Source: Alphaproteobacteria bacterium UBA6149
GTDB taxonomy: Bacteria; Pseudomonadota; Alphaproteobacteria; Rickettsiales; UBA998
Direction: 5' to 3'
Assembly (NCBI GenBank): GCA_002423155.1
Contig: DIUV01000045.1
Location: 3,276 to 67,275 of the forward strand
DNA length: 64,000 nucleotides
Made by a program: the position numbers and the translations under genes. Below the pieces are notes generated by a model, which was not told where the DNA came from, made no database searches, and saw only the letters and a program-made list of their open reading frames with translations. This document shows, in pieces, positions 1-9,887 of the stretch (position 1 is the stretch's first letter; each line of letters starts with the position of its first letter).

Positions 1-2
1 TT

Positions 3-1073
3 GTTACGCAAGACGATGTTTTTGCAGCAATTGAACCCGTTTTATACGAAATATTCACCGAATTTGGCAATGGCAAAACCGTAACTAACTTCCCCTTCCC
101 CCGCATTACTTACGCAGATGCGATGTTAAAATACGGCGTAGATAAACCTGATTTACGCAATCCCATCCAAATTGCCGATGTTGGTTCTGTATGGCAAGGT
201 TCAGGCTTTGGAATTTTTAATCAGATTTTAGAAAATGGCGGAGTAATCCGTGCCATCCCAGCTCCAAACACTGCCAGCCAGCCCCGTAGCTTTTTTGACA
301 AAACCATTGCTTTTGCACAGGAAAAAGGAGCAAAAGGCTTGGCATATATTATATTTGAAGAAGACGGCACCCCCAAAAGCCCGATTGCCAAATTTTTAAG
401 CCCCGAGAAATTAGACGAGTTAAAAGCAGTTGCAGGCTTAAAAAATGGTGATGCGGTATTTTTTGCCTCAGGAAATGAAGAAGAAGCCGCTTATATAGCT
501 GGACAGGTGCGGATTGAACTAGGTATCCAACTAGAATTGCTAGAAAAAGACATATTCAAATTCTGTTGGGTAGTAGATTTCCCTTATTTTGAATATAATA
601 AAGACGATAAAAAAATTGATTTCTCTCACAACCCCTTCTCCATGCCCCAAGGCGGAATGCAAGCTTTGGAAGAGCAAGACCCATTAAAAATCATTGCTTA
701 CCAATATGATATTATCTGTAACGGCATAGAATTATCCTCAGGAGCAATTCGTAACCACAAACCAGAAATAATGTACAAAGCTTTTGAAATAGCAGGATAT
801 TCTCGCGATACGGTGGATGAAAGATTCGGCGGCATGATTCGCGCATTCAAATTCGGCGCCCCTCCCCATGGCGGATTAGCTCCCGGAGTGGACCGTATGG
901 TGATGTTATTGGCAGATGAGCCCAATATCCGTGAAATTATCGCCTTCCCAATGAACCAACAAGCACAGGATATTCTGATGGGCGCACCAGCAACTGCGGA
1001 TGAGAAACAATTGCGCGAGTTAAATATCTTGTTATCGCCTAAGGCGTTAAAAATTCTTAGTGAAGGAAAATAA
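3..1073 (+). CDS. aspS: Aspartyl-tRNA synthetase, C-terminal part (5' end cut by window edge)
   Basis: Frame 3 is open from the window edge. The translation reads ...[24 protein letters not shown]... followed by class II core motifs ([27 protein letters not shown]). Confidence 0.9.
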   Translation, partial: VTQDDVFAAIEPVLYEIFTEFGNGKTVTNFPFPRITYADAMLKYGVDKPDLRNPIQIADVGSVWQGSGFGIFNQILENGGVIRAIPAPNTASQPRSFFDKTIAFAQEKGAKGLAYIIFEEDGTPKSPIAKFLSPEKLDELKAVAGLKNGDAVFFASGNEEEAAYIAGQVRIELGIQLELLEKDIFKFCWVVDFPYFEYNKDDKKIDFSHNPFSMPQGGMQALEEQDPLKIIAYQYDIICNGIELSSGAIRNHKPEIMYKAFEIAGYSRDTVDERFGGMIRAFKFGAPPHGGLAPGVDRMVMLLADEPNIREIIAFPMNQQAQDILMGAPATADEKQLRELNILLSPKALKILSEGK

Positions 1074-1075
1074 TA

Positions 1076-1657
1076 ATGCTAGATCAAGATGCACTAAATA
1101 CGCTTTTCTTAAACGCACGTACACATAATGCTTGGCAAACAAAAGATGTTTCTGACGATTTATTACAAGAAATTTATGATTTAGCCAAAATGGGTCCAAC
1201 CAGCGTAAATTGCCTGCCGATGCGAATTGTATTTGTAAAATCTAGCGAGTCCAAAGCAAAGCTAAAACCATGCCTAATGGAAGGCAACGTAGAAAAAACC
1301 ATGCAAGCCCCCGTCACGGCAATTATTGGCATGGATTTAGAGTTTTACAATAATTTACCCCAGCTGTTCCCTGCGATGGACGTAAAAGGTTGGTTTGATA
1401 GCAACCCAGATTTTGCCAAAGAAACGGCATTCCGTAACGGCAGTTTACAAGGAGCATACTTCATCATCGCCGCACGCGCACTAGGCTTAGATTGTGGACC
1501 AATGTCAGGATTTGACCCTGCTGCCGTAGATGCCGCATTTTTTATGGGCACCAGTTACAAAACTAACTTCTTGATTAACTTGGGTTATGGCGACGAAAAA
1601 GCTTTATATCCCCGTGGTGAACGTTTAAGCTTTGAAGAAAGTTGCCAGGTGGTTTAG
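1076..1657 (+). CDS. Nitroreductase-family protein, RutE-like (malonic semialdehyde reductase family)
   Basis: 193 aa. It is collinear with E. coli RutE as recalled ([71 protein letters not shown]). It starts 2 nt after the aspS stop. No other rut genes are present. Confidence 0.75.
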   Translation: MLDQDALNTLFLNARTHNAWQTKDVSDDLLQEIYDLAKMGPTSVNCLPMRIVFVKSSESKAKLKPCLMEGNVEKTMQAPVTAIIGMDLEFYNNLPQLFPAMDVKGWFDSNPDFAKETAFRNGSLQGAYFIIAARALGLDCGPMSGFDPAAVDAAFFMGTSYKTNFLINLGYGDEKALYPRGERLSFEESCQVV

Positions 1658-1674
1658 CAATGATATCTCACCAA

Positions 1675-2382
1675 TCAAACCCCACCAAAACGCCGCTCAC
1701 GACCTGCAAATTCATCACATGCAATTTGCAGGTGCGCTGGCGTAAAATCTGGCCAAAGCACTTCGGTGAAATATAGTTCGCTATAAGCGGATTGCCACAA
1801 AAGAAAGTTACTTAGCCGTTGCTCACCCCCTGTACGAATCAATAAATCTGGATCTGGCAAATCATGAGTAAACAGATTTTTGCTTATAATTTCTTCAGTT
1901 ATATCCTGCTCATTTAATTCTTCGCTCGCCAATTGCATAGCTATTTTCTGCATAGCATGGACAATTTCCTGCCGTGCTCCATAACTTAATGCGATTGTTA
2001 AATATAACTTTTGTCCATGCACAGTCTTTAGTTCCGCTTCTTGCACCAATTTACATATGTCCTTGGGCAAACGCTCACGCTCACCAATTACTCGCAAACA
2101 AATATCATTCTTTATCAGCAGATTGATTTCTTTTTTCAGATATAACGCCAACAACTGCATCAAATCACTGACTTCCTCATTGGGACGCCGCCAGTTTTCC
2201 GCCGAAAAGGCATACAAAGTAAGATGAGTAATCCCCATATTCGGACATTCGGTTATTATAGAGCGCAGACTCTCCGCACCTTTACGATGCCCAGCCGCAC
2301 GAGGTAATCCGCGTTGTTTAGCCCAACGCCCATTACCATCCATAATAATAGCTACATGATAAGAATTTTCTAATGCAGGCAT
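1675..2382 (-). CDS. uppS: Undecaprenyl-diphosphate synthase (isoprenyl transferase)
   Basis: HVAIIMDGNGRWAKQRGLPRAAGHRKG and LLIRTGGEQRLSNFLLWQSAYSELYF are hallmark cis-prenyltransferase motifs. It sits in the pyrH-frr-uppS order. Confidence 0.93.
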   Translation of the reverse strand: MPALENSYHVAIIMDGNGRWAKQRGLPRAAGHRKGAESLRSIITECPNMGITHLTLYAFSAENWRRPNEEVSDLMQLLALYLKKEINLLIKNDICLRVIGERERLPKDICKLVQEAELKTVHGQKLYLTIALSYGARQEIVHAMQKIAMQLASEELNEQDITEEIISKNLFTHDLPDPDLLIRTGGEQRLSNFLLWQSAYSELYFTEVLWPDFTPAHLQIACDEFAGRERRFGGV

Positions 2383-2387
2383 ATAAC

Positions 2388-2942
2388 CTACACTTTTAAA
2401 ATATCTTTTTCTTTATCCACCAACATTTCGTCCACTTTCGCAATATGCTTGTCGGTCAATTGCTGAACTTTTTCAGAAATGCTGTGATGCTCATCCTTAG
2501 ATATTTTATTGTCTTTTTCTTGTTTTTTCAAATCTTCCATTCCATCACGGCGCACATTACGCACGGCAACTCGCGTAGCCTCAGAATATTTTGCGGCAAC
2601 TTTTACCAATTCTTTACGGCGTTCTTCGGATAATTCAGGAATAGGCACGCGAACATTCTGCCCATCTGCCGAAGGGTTCAAACCCAAGCCAGCGCTAGCA
2701 ATACCTTTTTCTACTGCTTTTACCATAGTTTTATCCCACACTTGCACCAATAGCAGGCGAGATTCGGGCACAACAACGTTTGCCACCTGATTCAATGGCA
2801 TGGATGAACCATAAGCCTCCACCGTCACATGCTCCAACAACCCAGCCGAAGCCCGACCAGTACGCAACCCAGCAAATTCGGTTGCCAAAGATTTTAACGC
2901 GCCATCCATACGGCGGCTTAGCTCATCTAAGAAAGCACTCAT
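2388..2942 (-). CDS. frr: Ribosome recycling factor
   Basis: 184 aa with the typical RRF sequence ([21 protein letters not shown]..., [26 protein letters not shown]). It lies between pyrH and uppS. Confidence 0.93.
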   Translation of the reverse strand: MSAFLDELSRRMDGALKSLATEFAGLRTGRASAGLLEHVTVEAYGSSMPLNQVANVVVPESRLLLVQVWDKTMVKAVEKGIASAGLGLNPSADGQNVRVPIPELSEERRKELVKVAAKYSEATRVAVRNVRRDGMEDLKKQEKDNKISKDEHHSISEKVQQLTDKHIAKVDEMLVDKEKDILKV

Positions 2943-2969
2943 GATTATTTATTCTCCTATTAGAAATCT

Positions 2970-3692
2970 TTATTCTTCATCACTTACTATAGTACATCTT
3001 CCGCGTCCGCAAATAACTTTGGCGAATTCACCCGGCTCATGGATAGAAAACACCAAAACAGGTATGTTATTCTCGCGCGCCAAGGCAAAAGCAGCAGTGT
3101 CCATAACTTTCAAATCTTGCCGTAAAACTTCATTATAAGTCAGATGCTCATAACGCTCCGCATCAGAATATTTATTAGGATCCGCCGTATAAACCCCATC
3201 CACTTGCGTGCCCTTAAGCATCGCATCACAACCCAACTCACTAGCACGCAATGCGGCAGCAGTGTCAGTAGTAAAAAACGGATTACCCGTACCAGCAGCA
3301 CAAATCACCACCCGACCCCGTTCTAAATGGCGAATAGCGCGGCGGCGCACATACGGCTCACACACTTCCATCATGTGAATAGCCGAAAGCACGCGCGTAT
3401 CCACCCCCATAACATCCAAAGTATTCTGAATTGCCAAGGCATTCAGCACGGTTGCCAACATCCCCATATAATCCGCACTCGAACGCTCCATCCCCCGTGC
3501 CGCCGCGGAAATGCCGCGATATATATTACCACCGCCCACCACCACGCAAACTTCCACCCCCATCTGCACCACTGCCTTAATATCCTGACAAATACGGGAA
3601 ATAACCTCCCCATCCTGCCCGTAAGGTTTATCCCCCATCAAGGCTTCACCAGATACTTTTAAAAGCACACGTTTATATAGGGGCACGGTCAT
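2970..3692 (-). CDS. pyrH: UMP kinase
   Basis: [44 protein letters not shown]. 240 aa. Confidence 0.93.
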   Translation of the reverse strand: MTVPLYKRVLLKVSGEALMGDKPYGQDGEVISRICQDIKAVVQMGVEVCVVVGGGNIYRGISAAARGMERSSADYMGMLATVLNALAIQNTLDVMGVDTRVLSAIHMMEVCEPYVRRRAIRHLERGRVVICAAGTGNPFFTTDTAAALRASELGCDAMLKGTQVDGVYTADPNKYSDAERYEHLTYNEVLRQDLKVMDTAAFALARENNIPVLVFSIHEPGEFAKVICGRGRCTIVSDEE

Positions 3693-3820
3693 GGCACAAT
3701 TTCTTCTATTTTGGTTGAATAGCGTTTTTCTAAAGCAAAACCGCCTTTATCGCAAATAGATTATTGCGCCAAATTGCACCATCCGCAAATAAAAAATATA
3801 TTCTACCCAACCGACACTGC

Positions 3821-3980
3821 TTCCCCCTCTCCCTCTGGGAGAGGGACGGGGTGAGGGAAGCCTAACTAAAATACAAAGCTTTCTGTCGCTATAATATGTT
3901 GATATTAAAACAACAAAATAGCAAAAAAATTTTATGGATAGTTCCCTCACCCCATCCCTCTCCCAGAGGGAGAGGGAGTT
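3821..3980. repeat. Family-A double-hairpin palindromic element (intergenic copy)
   Basis: The left arm (3821-3860, ttccccctctccctctgggagagggacggggtgagggaag) and the right arm (3942-3978) are near-perfect reverse complements. The same arms recur at 17014-17123, with a half copy at 32833-32857. Confidence 0.85.
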
Positions 3981-4184
3981 AGCCCTCATTTTTTGATATT
4001 TATTGGATAAATAAAAATCTGCCTGGTGGTAAGAAGTATATTTACAAAAATTTATTTACTGTTAAAAAGGGCAGGTTATTTTTTATCTCGTCTTTGGACA
4101 GGTATATATAGCACAAACGTCGCAATTATTATTGCGATACTTTTTTTAAGTTGCGAAGAGCAACTATTTTATCCAGGTGATCTT

Positions 4185-4571
4185 ATGAAAACATTTTTTT
4201 TACCATTATTGTTGGTGGTTTTTTTGACTGGTTGCAAAAAAGAAATTGATGGCCCCAATGTGTGCCCCGTATTAAATAAAGTGTACGATTCAACAATCGC
4301 CGCTTTTTTATTACCAGACATCCTGAAAACTGATATTTTGCGACCTGAGCAGCCTTTTCCTCTACTAAAAGAAGTTGCCGCTTCTTTAAAGAACGACAAA
4401 AAAGCAATCTCGAAAAAATGCGCAGAAAATGATGGCGAGTTCGGAGCCAACACTCTGTATTCACTTCTCAATTTGGAAGTGGAAAACTCCGTGAGCGATA
4501 CGATTCGCCACGATACCGCTACTTTGTTGGGAAATGAAGCAGCAAATTACGCCAAAAACAGGGCTAAATAA
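4185..4571 (+). CDS. Hypothetical lipoprotein
   Basis: The internal ATG at 4185 gives MKTFFLPLLLVVFLTGCKKE, which is a signal peptide plus a lipobox (LTGC). The GTG-extended ORF from 4026 is less plausible. Function unknown. Confidence 0.55.
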   Translation: MKTFFLPLLLVVFLTGCKKEIDGPNVCPVLNKVYDSTIAAFLLPDILKTDILRPEQPFPLLKEVAASLKNDKKAISKKCAENDGEFGANTLYSLLNLEVENSVSDTIRHDTATLLGNEAANYAKNRAK

Positions 4572-4585
4572 ATCGTAAAAAAACT

Positions 4586-4622
4586 ATCTAGCGCTCACTC
4601 CTTCTTGGATTGAGCGCTAGAT
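4586..4622. terminator. Hairpin between convergent genes (possible bidirectional terminator)
   Basis: A 12-bp perfect stem (atctagcgctca / tgagcgctagat) with a 13-nt loop, lying exactly between the two convergent stop codons. The U-tract is weak. Confidence 0.45.
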
Positions 4623-5747
4623 TTACATTACCCTCCCCCAGCGCAAATATTTCCCCAAACTAAACGCATCATACAACTCATCCACAGGCTCCCCCACAAT
4701 CTGCCGCGCAATCCACTCTCCTCCCAAGGGGCAAGAGAGCATCCCACGAGAAGCATGAGCGACGCTGATATATAATCCTTTTTGATAATAACCCTGCCCA
4801 GCTGGTTCAGGCACTTGCCCCAGCAAAGGAATATTTCCCGGTCGCGTACAACGCCAACCCAGCCGCCCAGTAACTCCTTCTAATGCCGAATCTAAAAGCG
4901 TGGGTATAAATTTCTGCAAATGCTTTAAATTAAGCCGATGCGCCTGCCCTGCACTCAAAAAACCAGTATCCTCACGCTCATAAGTTGCGCCAATGCAATT
5001 AATATTATCATGAGTGGGAATGGCATAACCATTATGACAAAGCACTAATTTTAACGGCGCAAGCTGGGGAGAATGCTCGGCGCGGAGCAAGCTCACCTGC
5101 CCTGCCACGGAATATAATTTTAATTGAGGAATAAAGCGCGTTGCCGCCGCCGCATTAGCAATTATAACAACTGGCGCAGATAAAACCTCTCCATTTTTCA
5201 GGTGCACCTGCCAAATATCAGCTATTTTTTGTAGATTATCTACCTCAGCATTCAGCAAAATATTGCTCCCACTGGCTAAAGCAGCACAAAAATCTGGGGG
5301 ACACAGCCAACCGCCCTTGGCAATATGCACGCCTGCTTGCTGTATTTCTAAACCTGATAATTCGCTAGCTTGGGCGACATTCACCTGCCGCACTATATTT
5401 GCATCTAGTCCCAACGAAGTAGGCGTTGCCAATAGTCGCGCAGCATCCTTTGCCTCACGCGGCAATTGCAACATTCCACACCACTCACCTTTTATTTTAT
5501 GCCCCTGCCCACGCAAATCATCCACCAGCTGCATAGTATAATCCAACCCTTGGAAATATAAGTAAGTTGAATCAATCCAATTAGTAGTTAAATGAGGATA
5601 AACAATCCCAGCAATATTTCCCGAGGCTTCACTGGCTAATTGCGAGTTTTTTTCCAACAAATCAACTGACCAGCCACGTTTGCTCAATGCATAAGCCGCC
5701 CCACAACCAGCCAGCCCTCCACCAATTACTATCGCTCTTTGTGTCAT
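4623..5747 (-). CDS. FAD-dependent oxidoreductase (DAO family, similar to the MnmC oxidoreductase domain)
   Basis: The N-terminal Rossmann motif is MTQRAIVIGGGLAGCGAAYALSKRGWSVDLLEK. The overall length and pattern match the stand-alone MnmC C-terminal-type oxidoreductase. Start chosen at the ATG at 5747. Confidence 0.65.
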   Translation of the reverse strand: MTQRAIVIGGGLAGCGAAYALSKRGWSVDLLEKNSQLASEASGNIAGIVYPHLTTNWIDSTYLYFQGLDYTMQLVDDLRGQGHKIKGEWCGMLQLPREAKDAARLLATPTSLGLDANIVRQVNVAQASELSGLEIQQAGVHIAKGGWLCPPDFCAALASGSNILLNAEVDNLQKIADIWQVHLKNGEVLSAPVVIIANAAAATRFIPQLKLYSVAGQVSLLRAEHSPQLAPLKLVLCHNGYAIPTHDNINCIGATYEREDTGFLSAGQAHRLNLKHLQKFIPTLLDSALEGVTGRLGWRCTRPGNIPLLGQVPEPAGQGYYQKGLYISVAHASRGMLSCPLGGEWIARQIVGEPVDELYDAFSLGKYLRWGRVM

Positions 5748-5896
5748 TTGTTTTAGATATAAAGAAATAAGAATCAATTATAGCGGTAAAAAATAAAAAA
5801 AACTTGCATAATTAATCAATCGCTAACCTTATATAGATATGTTTCGCTAGAATTTAAAATTATTTGTTTGTAGTCCCCAACTGAGAATAAAAAAAG

Positions 5897-7705
5897 ATGG
5901 AAACTGAAAATGGTCTAATTTCTTCGCTTAAAATGGCACCTACAGATAGTATGCTGCCACAAGATGCAGGAAAAACCACCCAAGCAGCCCCCTCTACCAT
6001 ATTAGCAACTTTGGCTAAAAACAAGGTGCGCATTGGTGAGCATCTCATCAATATGGGGCTTATCTCGAATGACCAACTAGAAATCGCACTATTAGAACAA
6101 CGGCATAATAAAAAAATGCTCGGGGTTATCATGGTGGAAATGGGCTTTATCACCGAGAGCGCTTTGGCAGAAGCCTTAGCAGAATCTACAGGTAGAGAAC
6201 GCTTTGATGCCAAAAAAACTATTTTAGACCCCCAAGTCCTAAGCCTGCTTCCCAAAGAAGTAGCAATTCGCCAAAAAGTTGTTCCGATTAGTATGGAAGA
6301 TAATGTCATCCAACTAGCAATGGCGGACGTATATAACGTATTGGCGATTGACTATGTAAGACGTTATTTCCCCAAACAAGCTACTGTTTATCCGCTTTAT
6401 TGTACGGAGTCGGAAATACAAGCGCTGATTGCCAAATATTATGAGTACGAGCTATCTATTGACGGTATTTTACGCGAGATTGAAACAGGTATCCGCGAAA
6501 ACAACAATTATAACATGCTCGATGGTAGCCAGGAAGGCTATGTTAGCCCTACTGTCCGCCTAGTAAATGCCCTGTTGGTAGATGCCATCAAACAAGGCGC
6601 GTCCGATATTCACTTCGAGCCTGAGAATGCTTTCTTGCGCTTACGTTACCGTATTGACGGACAGATGATGCAAATTCGCAGCTTCCACCGAGATTATTGG
6701 CCGGCGATAGCAGTACGCATAAAAATCGTTTCAGGTATGAATATTGCCGAAAGTCGTTTGCCGCAAGATGGACGGATAACTTTTACCTTCATGGGGCGCG
6801 AAGTAGATTTTCGTGTAGCATCCCAACCAACTGTACACGGCGAAAATATCGTGATGCGTATTTTGGATAAAGCCCAAGCGCTTCTACCCGTAGAACAATT
6901 AGGTTTTTCCGAACATAACAGCAATATTCTCCGCCGCTTATTAAAAAGACCTGAAGGAATTATTGTAGTAACGGGTCCAACAGGTAGTGGTAAAACCACC
7001 AGTCTTTATTCCATTTTGAGTTATATCAACTCCATGAGCGTAAATATTATGACGCTGGAAGACCCCGTAGAATATCGCCTACCACTAATTCGCCAAAGTA
7101 ACGTGCGCGAAGGTAGTATTGACTTTTTAACAGGCATCAAATCCATGATGCGCCAAGATCCCGACATTATTTTCGTCGGTGAGGTGCGAGATGAAGAAAC
7201 TGCACTCATGGCAGTGCGTGCTTCCATGACGGGACACCAAGTATTCACCACGTTACACACCAATGATGCACTAGGGGTAATCCCGCGTTTAAATGATATT
7301 GGCGTCCCCTCACATTTGTTAGCGGGCGCATTAATTGGTTGCTTAGCACAACGTCTGGTGCGTAAATTATGCAATGAATGCAAAGAACCACACGAAGCAA
7401 CTCCCGAAGAATGCCATATTATGGGACTTCCCTTTGAAAATCCCCCTTCAATCTATAAAGAAGTAGGCTGTCCAGCTTGCCGCCATCAAGGATTCAAAGG
7501 ACGTATGGCAATCGTAGAAATTCTCCGTGTAGATAAAGAAATTGACGAGCTAATAGCAGAAAGAGCAACAAGAAGACAATTACTTAGATACGCACTCGAT
7601 AATGGCTTCATCCCCATGGCAGAAGATGGCATTCAAAAAGTGTTGGAAGGGCTAACCTCACTAAATGAACTAATACGTCATGTGGATATGACCGACAGAT
7701 TATAG
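5897..7705 (+). CDS. GspE/PilB-family secretion/pilus assembly ATPase with N-terminal MshEN-type domain
   Basis: Walker A GPTGSGKTT, Walker B/Asp box DPDIIFVGEVRD, His box GHQVFTTLHTN, and tetra-Cys CNEC...CPAC. The N-terminus carries the tandem motif RIGEHLINMGLISNDQLEIALLEQ-RHNKK-MLGVIMVEMGFITESALAEALAES. Confidence 0.9.
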   Translation: METENGLISSLKMAPTDSMLPQDAGKTTQAAPSTILATLAKNKVRIGEHLINMGLISNDQLEIALLEQRHNKKMLGVIMVEMGFITESALAEALAESTGRERFDAKKTILDPQVLSLLPKEVAIRQKVVPISMEDNVIQLAMADVYNVLAIDYVRRYFPKQATVYPLYCTESEIQALIAKYYEYELSIDGILREIETGIRENNNYNMLDGSQEGYVSPTVRLVNALLVDAIKQGASDIHFEPENAFLRLRYRIDGQMMQIRSFHRDYWPAIAVRIKIVSGMNIAESRLPQDGRITFTFMGREVDFRVASQPTVHGENIVMRILDKAQALLPVEQLGFSEHNSNILRRLLKRPEGIIVVTGPTGSGKTTSLYSILSYINSMSVNIMTLEDPVEYRLPLIRQSNVREGSIDFLTGIKSMMRQDPDIIFVGEVRDEETALMAVRASMTGHQVFTTLHTNDALGVIPRLNDIGVPSHLLAGALIGCLAQRLVRKLCNECKEPHEATPEECHIMGLPFENPPSIYKEVGCPACRHQGFKGRMAIVEILRVDKEIDELIAERATRRQLLRYALDNGFIPMAEDGIQKVLEGLTSLNELIRHVDMTDRL

Positions 7706-7713
7706 GTATAAAA

Positions 7714-8925
7714 ATGTCTAAACTATATCATTATCGTTATTCAGCAATGAATATCAAGGGTCGAAAAATCAGCGGAGAGATTACCGCCGAGAATGAAGTT
7801 GACTTAGAATGCCGCCTAAAAGAAATTGGGCTGGATATGGTTAATTACCGTGAAGTTAAGCAAGCAAAAGCAGGCTTTTTCTCACGCATAAAAATCCGCG
7901 ATATGATTGTGTTTTGTTTGCACATGGAGCAACTATATCGCGCAGGGGTTCCATTGTTAGACGCATTGGCAGATACACGTGATGCAACCGAGTCACCTAA
8001 ATTGCGTGACGTTCTCACCAATGTTTACGAAAGCGTTAAGTCAGGTAATTTATTATCGCAAGCTATGGCATTATACCCAGATGTGTTCAGCGATGTATTT
8101 GTAGGATTAATCGCCGCAGGAGAAAAAACCGGAAGCTTAAACGAATCTTTCCATAATATTTCCGAGCACATGAAATGGAACGCGGATTTACGCCGCAAAA
8201 TCAAAAAAGCGATGACTTATCCAATTGTACTGGTTGTAGTATTAATTGGGGTAATTTCGGTAATGATGCTCTTTGTAGTACCTAAATTAATGGAATTTAT
8301 TATCTCACAAGGCTTCCATATTCCCTTCCACACACGCGCACTAATGGCATTTTCTAAGTTCTTCGGGGATTATTGGTATCTAATTATCGGGCTACCCGTA
8401 ATTACTTTTATATTTGCAGGAATATTATACCGCACCTCCGAAGCTTTCGCCTATCAGATTGACCGTTTCGTTCTAAAAATCCCAGTAATTGGTGGAACTG
8501 TGCGCAAGATTAATCTTTCACGCTTCACCCATTTCTTTTCAGTTATGTTCAACAGCGGCATCGACATATTAGACTCGCTGGAAGCTGGCAAAAAAGTAGT
8601 AGGAAACCGAGTAATAAAAGATGCAATTGAGTTAGTACATCGCAGCGTAAGCGAGGGTAATCGCATTGCGGATTCCATCAGTCGCTCCAGCCAATTTCCT
8701 AATTTAGTTATCCGCATGTTTAAAGTAGGAGAAGATAGCGGAAACATGTCCGAAGCGTTAGAAAACATAAATTTCTTCTATAACCGCGAAGTATCCGACT
8801 CAATTGACTCCATGATTAGTTTTATCCAACCCGTAATGACGGTAATCCTCGGCAGTATGATTTTCTGGGTGATTGCCGGGGTGTTCGGTCCGTTGTATGA
8901 ATCATTCAGCAAAATGAATATATAA
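7714..8925 (+). CDS. GspF/PilC-family inner-membrane platform protein
   Basis: 403 aa with two GspF-type repeats and three TM segments. It starts 8 nt after the ATPase gene. Confidence 0.85.
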   Translation: MSKLYHYRYSAMNIKGRKISGEITAENEVDLECRLKEIGLDMVNYREVKQAKAGFFSRIKIRDMIVFCLHMEQLYRAGVPLLDALADTRDATESPKLRDVLTNVYESVKSGNLLSQAMALYPDVFSDVFVGLIAAGEKTGSLNESFHNISEHMKWNADLRRKIKKAMTYPIVLVVVLIGVISVMMLFVVPKLMEFIISQGFHIPFHTRALMAFSKFFGDYWYLIIGLPVITFIFAGILYRTSEAFAYQIDRFVLKIPVIGGTVRKINLSRFTHFFSVMFNSGIDILDSLEAGKKVVGNRVIKDAIELVHRSVSEGNRIADSISRSSQFPNLVIRMFKVGEDSGNMSEALENINFFYNREVSDSIDSMISFIQPVMTVILGSMIFWVIAGVFGPLYESFSKMNI

Positions 8926-8946
8926 TCATCAAAAAAGGGCACATAA

Positions 8947-9462
8947 ATGCAACCACTAATCCTCCCCTACCAAGGAAAGCTTCCACGCATCGCACCAGAC
9001 GTGTTCATCGCCCCCAACGCCACCATCATCGGCGATGTAGAAATTGGCAGTGGCAGCAATATCTGGTTTGGTTGCGTAATTCGTGGCGATGTCTGCCCCA
9101 TCCGCATTGGCGAACGCACCAATATACAAGATGGCAGCATCATCCACGTCACCCGCAAAGTCGGTCCCACCAATATCGGCTCCAATGTTACTATCGGACA
9201 TGGCGCAATAATCCACGCCTGCACCATCGAAGATAATAGCTTTGTCGGCATGCACAGCACTATTTTAGACCATGCAATCATAGAAAGCGGCGGCATGTTA
9301 GCGGCTGGCGCCCTGCTAGCACCCAAAAAACGCGTCCCCCAGCACCAATTATGGGCAGGCAACCCCGCAAAATATTTCCGCGACATGAGCCAAGCAGAAA
9401 TTGATTTCATTGCTGTTTCTGCAGAAAATTATGTACAATTAGCGAAAGAATATATGAGCTAG
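8947..9462 (+). CDS. Gamma-carbonic-anhydrase-like hexapeptide-repeat protein (YrdA/PaaY family)
   Basis: 171 aa with left-handed beta-helix repeats (IGDVEIGSGSNIWFGCVIRGD, IGERTNIQDGSIIH). Confidence 0.8.
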   Translation: MQPLILPYQGKLPRIAPDVFIAPNATIIGDVEIGSGSNIWFGCVIRGDVCPIRIGERTNIQDGSIIHVTRKVGPTNIGSNVTIGHGAIIHACTIEDNSFVGMHSTILDHAIIESGGMLAAGALLAPKKRVPQHQLWAGNPAKYFRDMSQAEIDFIAVSAENYVQLAKEYMS

Positions 9463-9519
9463 ATATAATCTTATTTTTTTGTTACAATTAAAGAAGATAA
9501 TGTAAAACAGAGAAATATA

Positions 9520-9882
9520 ATGGGTTTAACTTACGTAACCACTACCGTACAAAATCTAGCAGAAACTGGCATACCTTTTGAGGAAGAATTTTTGGTAGAT
9601 ACTGGTGCAATTGATTGTATGGCTCCAGCTGCACAGCTCCATGCTGCAGGAATAAAAATCCAAGGGAAGGATGCTTATGAATTGGCAAATAATTCGTTAG
9701 TGGAATACCCTTACGGATTCGCACGTGTAACTTTCATGGGTTCAGAAACCGTAACACGTATAATATTTGGCGAAGATGATTGCGAACCAATCTTGGGAGT
9801 AGTCGCACTAGAAAGCACAGGAATAGGGGTTGACCCTGTCAGTAGAACTCTACACAGAATGGCAGCCAAACCATTGAAATAG
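9520..9882 (+). CDS. Retropepsin-like (clan AA) aspartic protease
   Basis: 120 aa with an FLVDTGAIDCMAP active-site-like D-T-G motif and an LGVVALESTGIGVDP C-terminal pattern. Confidence 0.6.
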   Translation: MGLTYVTTTVQNLAETGIPFEEEFLVDTGAIDCMAPAAQLHAAGIKIQGKDAYELANNSLVEYPYGFARVTFMGSETVTRIIFGEDDCEPILGVVALESTGIGVDPVSRTLHRMAAKPLK

Positions 9883-9887
9883 ATGTA

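Noticed and set aside
3747-3989. ORFs translating family-A repeats (3747..3989; also 16896..17150 and 16925..17326) and giving LSLWERxGVRE / PSPRGRG peptides.
   Set aside because: They are made almost entirely of the palindromic repeat, which reads open in several frames on both strands. They overlap bioC or intergenic DNA and are not independent genes.
5860-6309. A 149-codon minus-strand ORF overlapping the 5' end of the ATPase gene.
   Set aside because: It is antisense to the well-supported MshEN-domain coding region, and it has low-complexity Ser/Ile-rich content and no motif.
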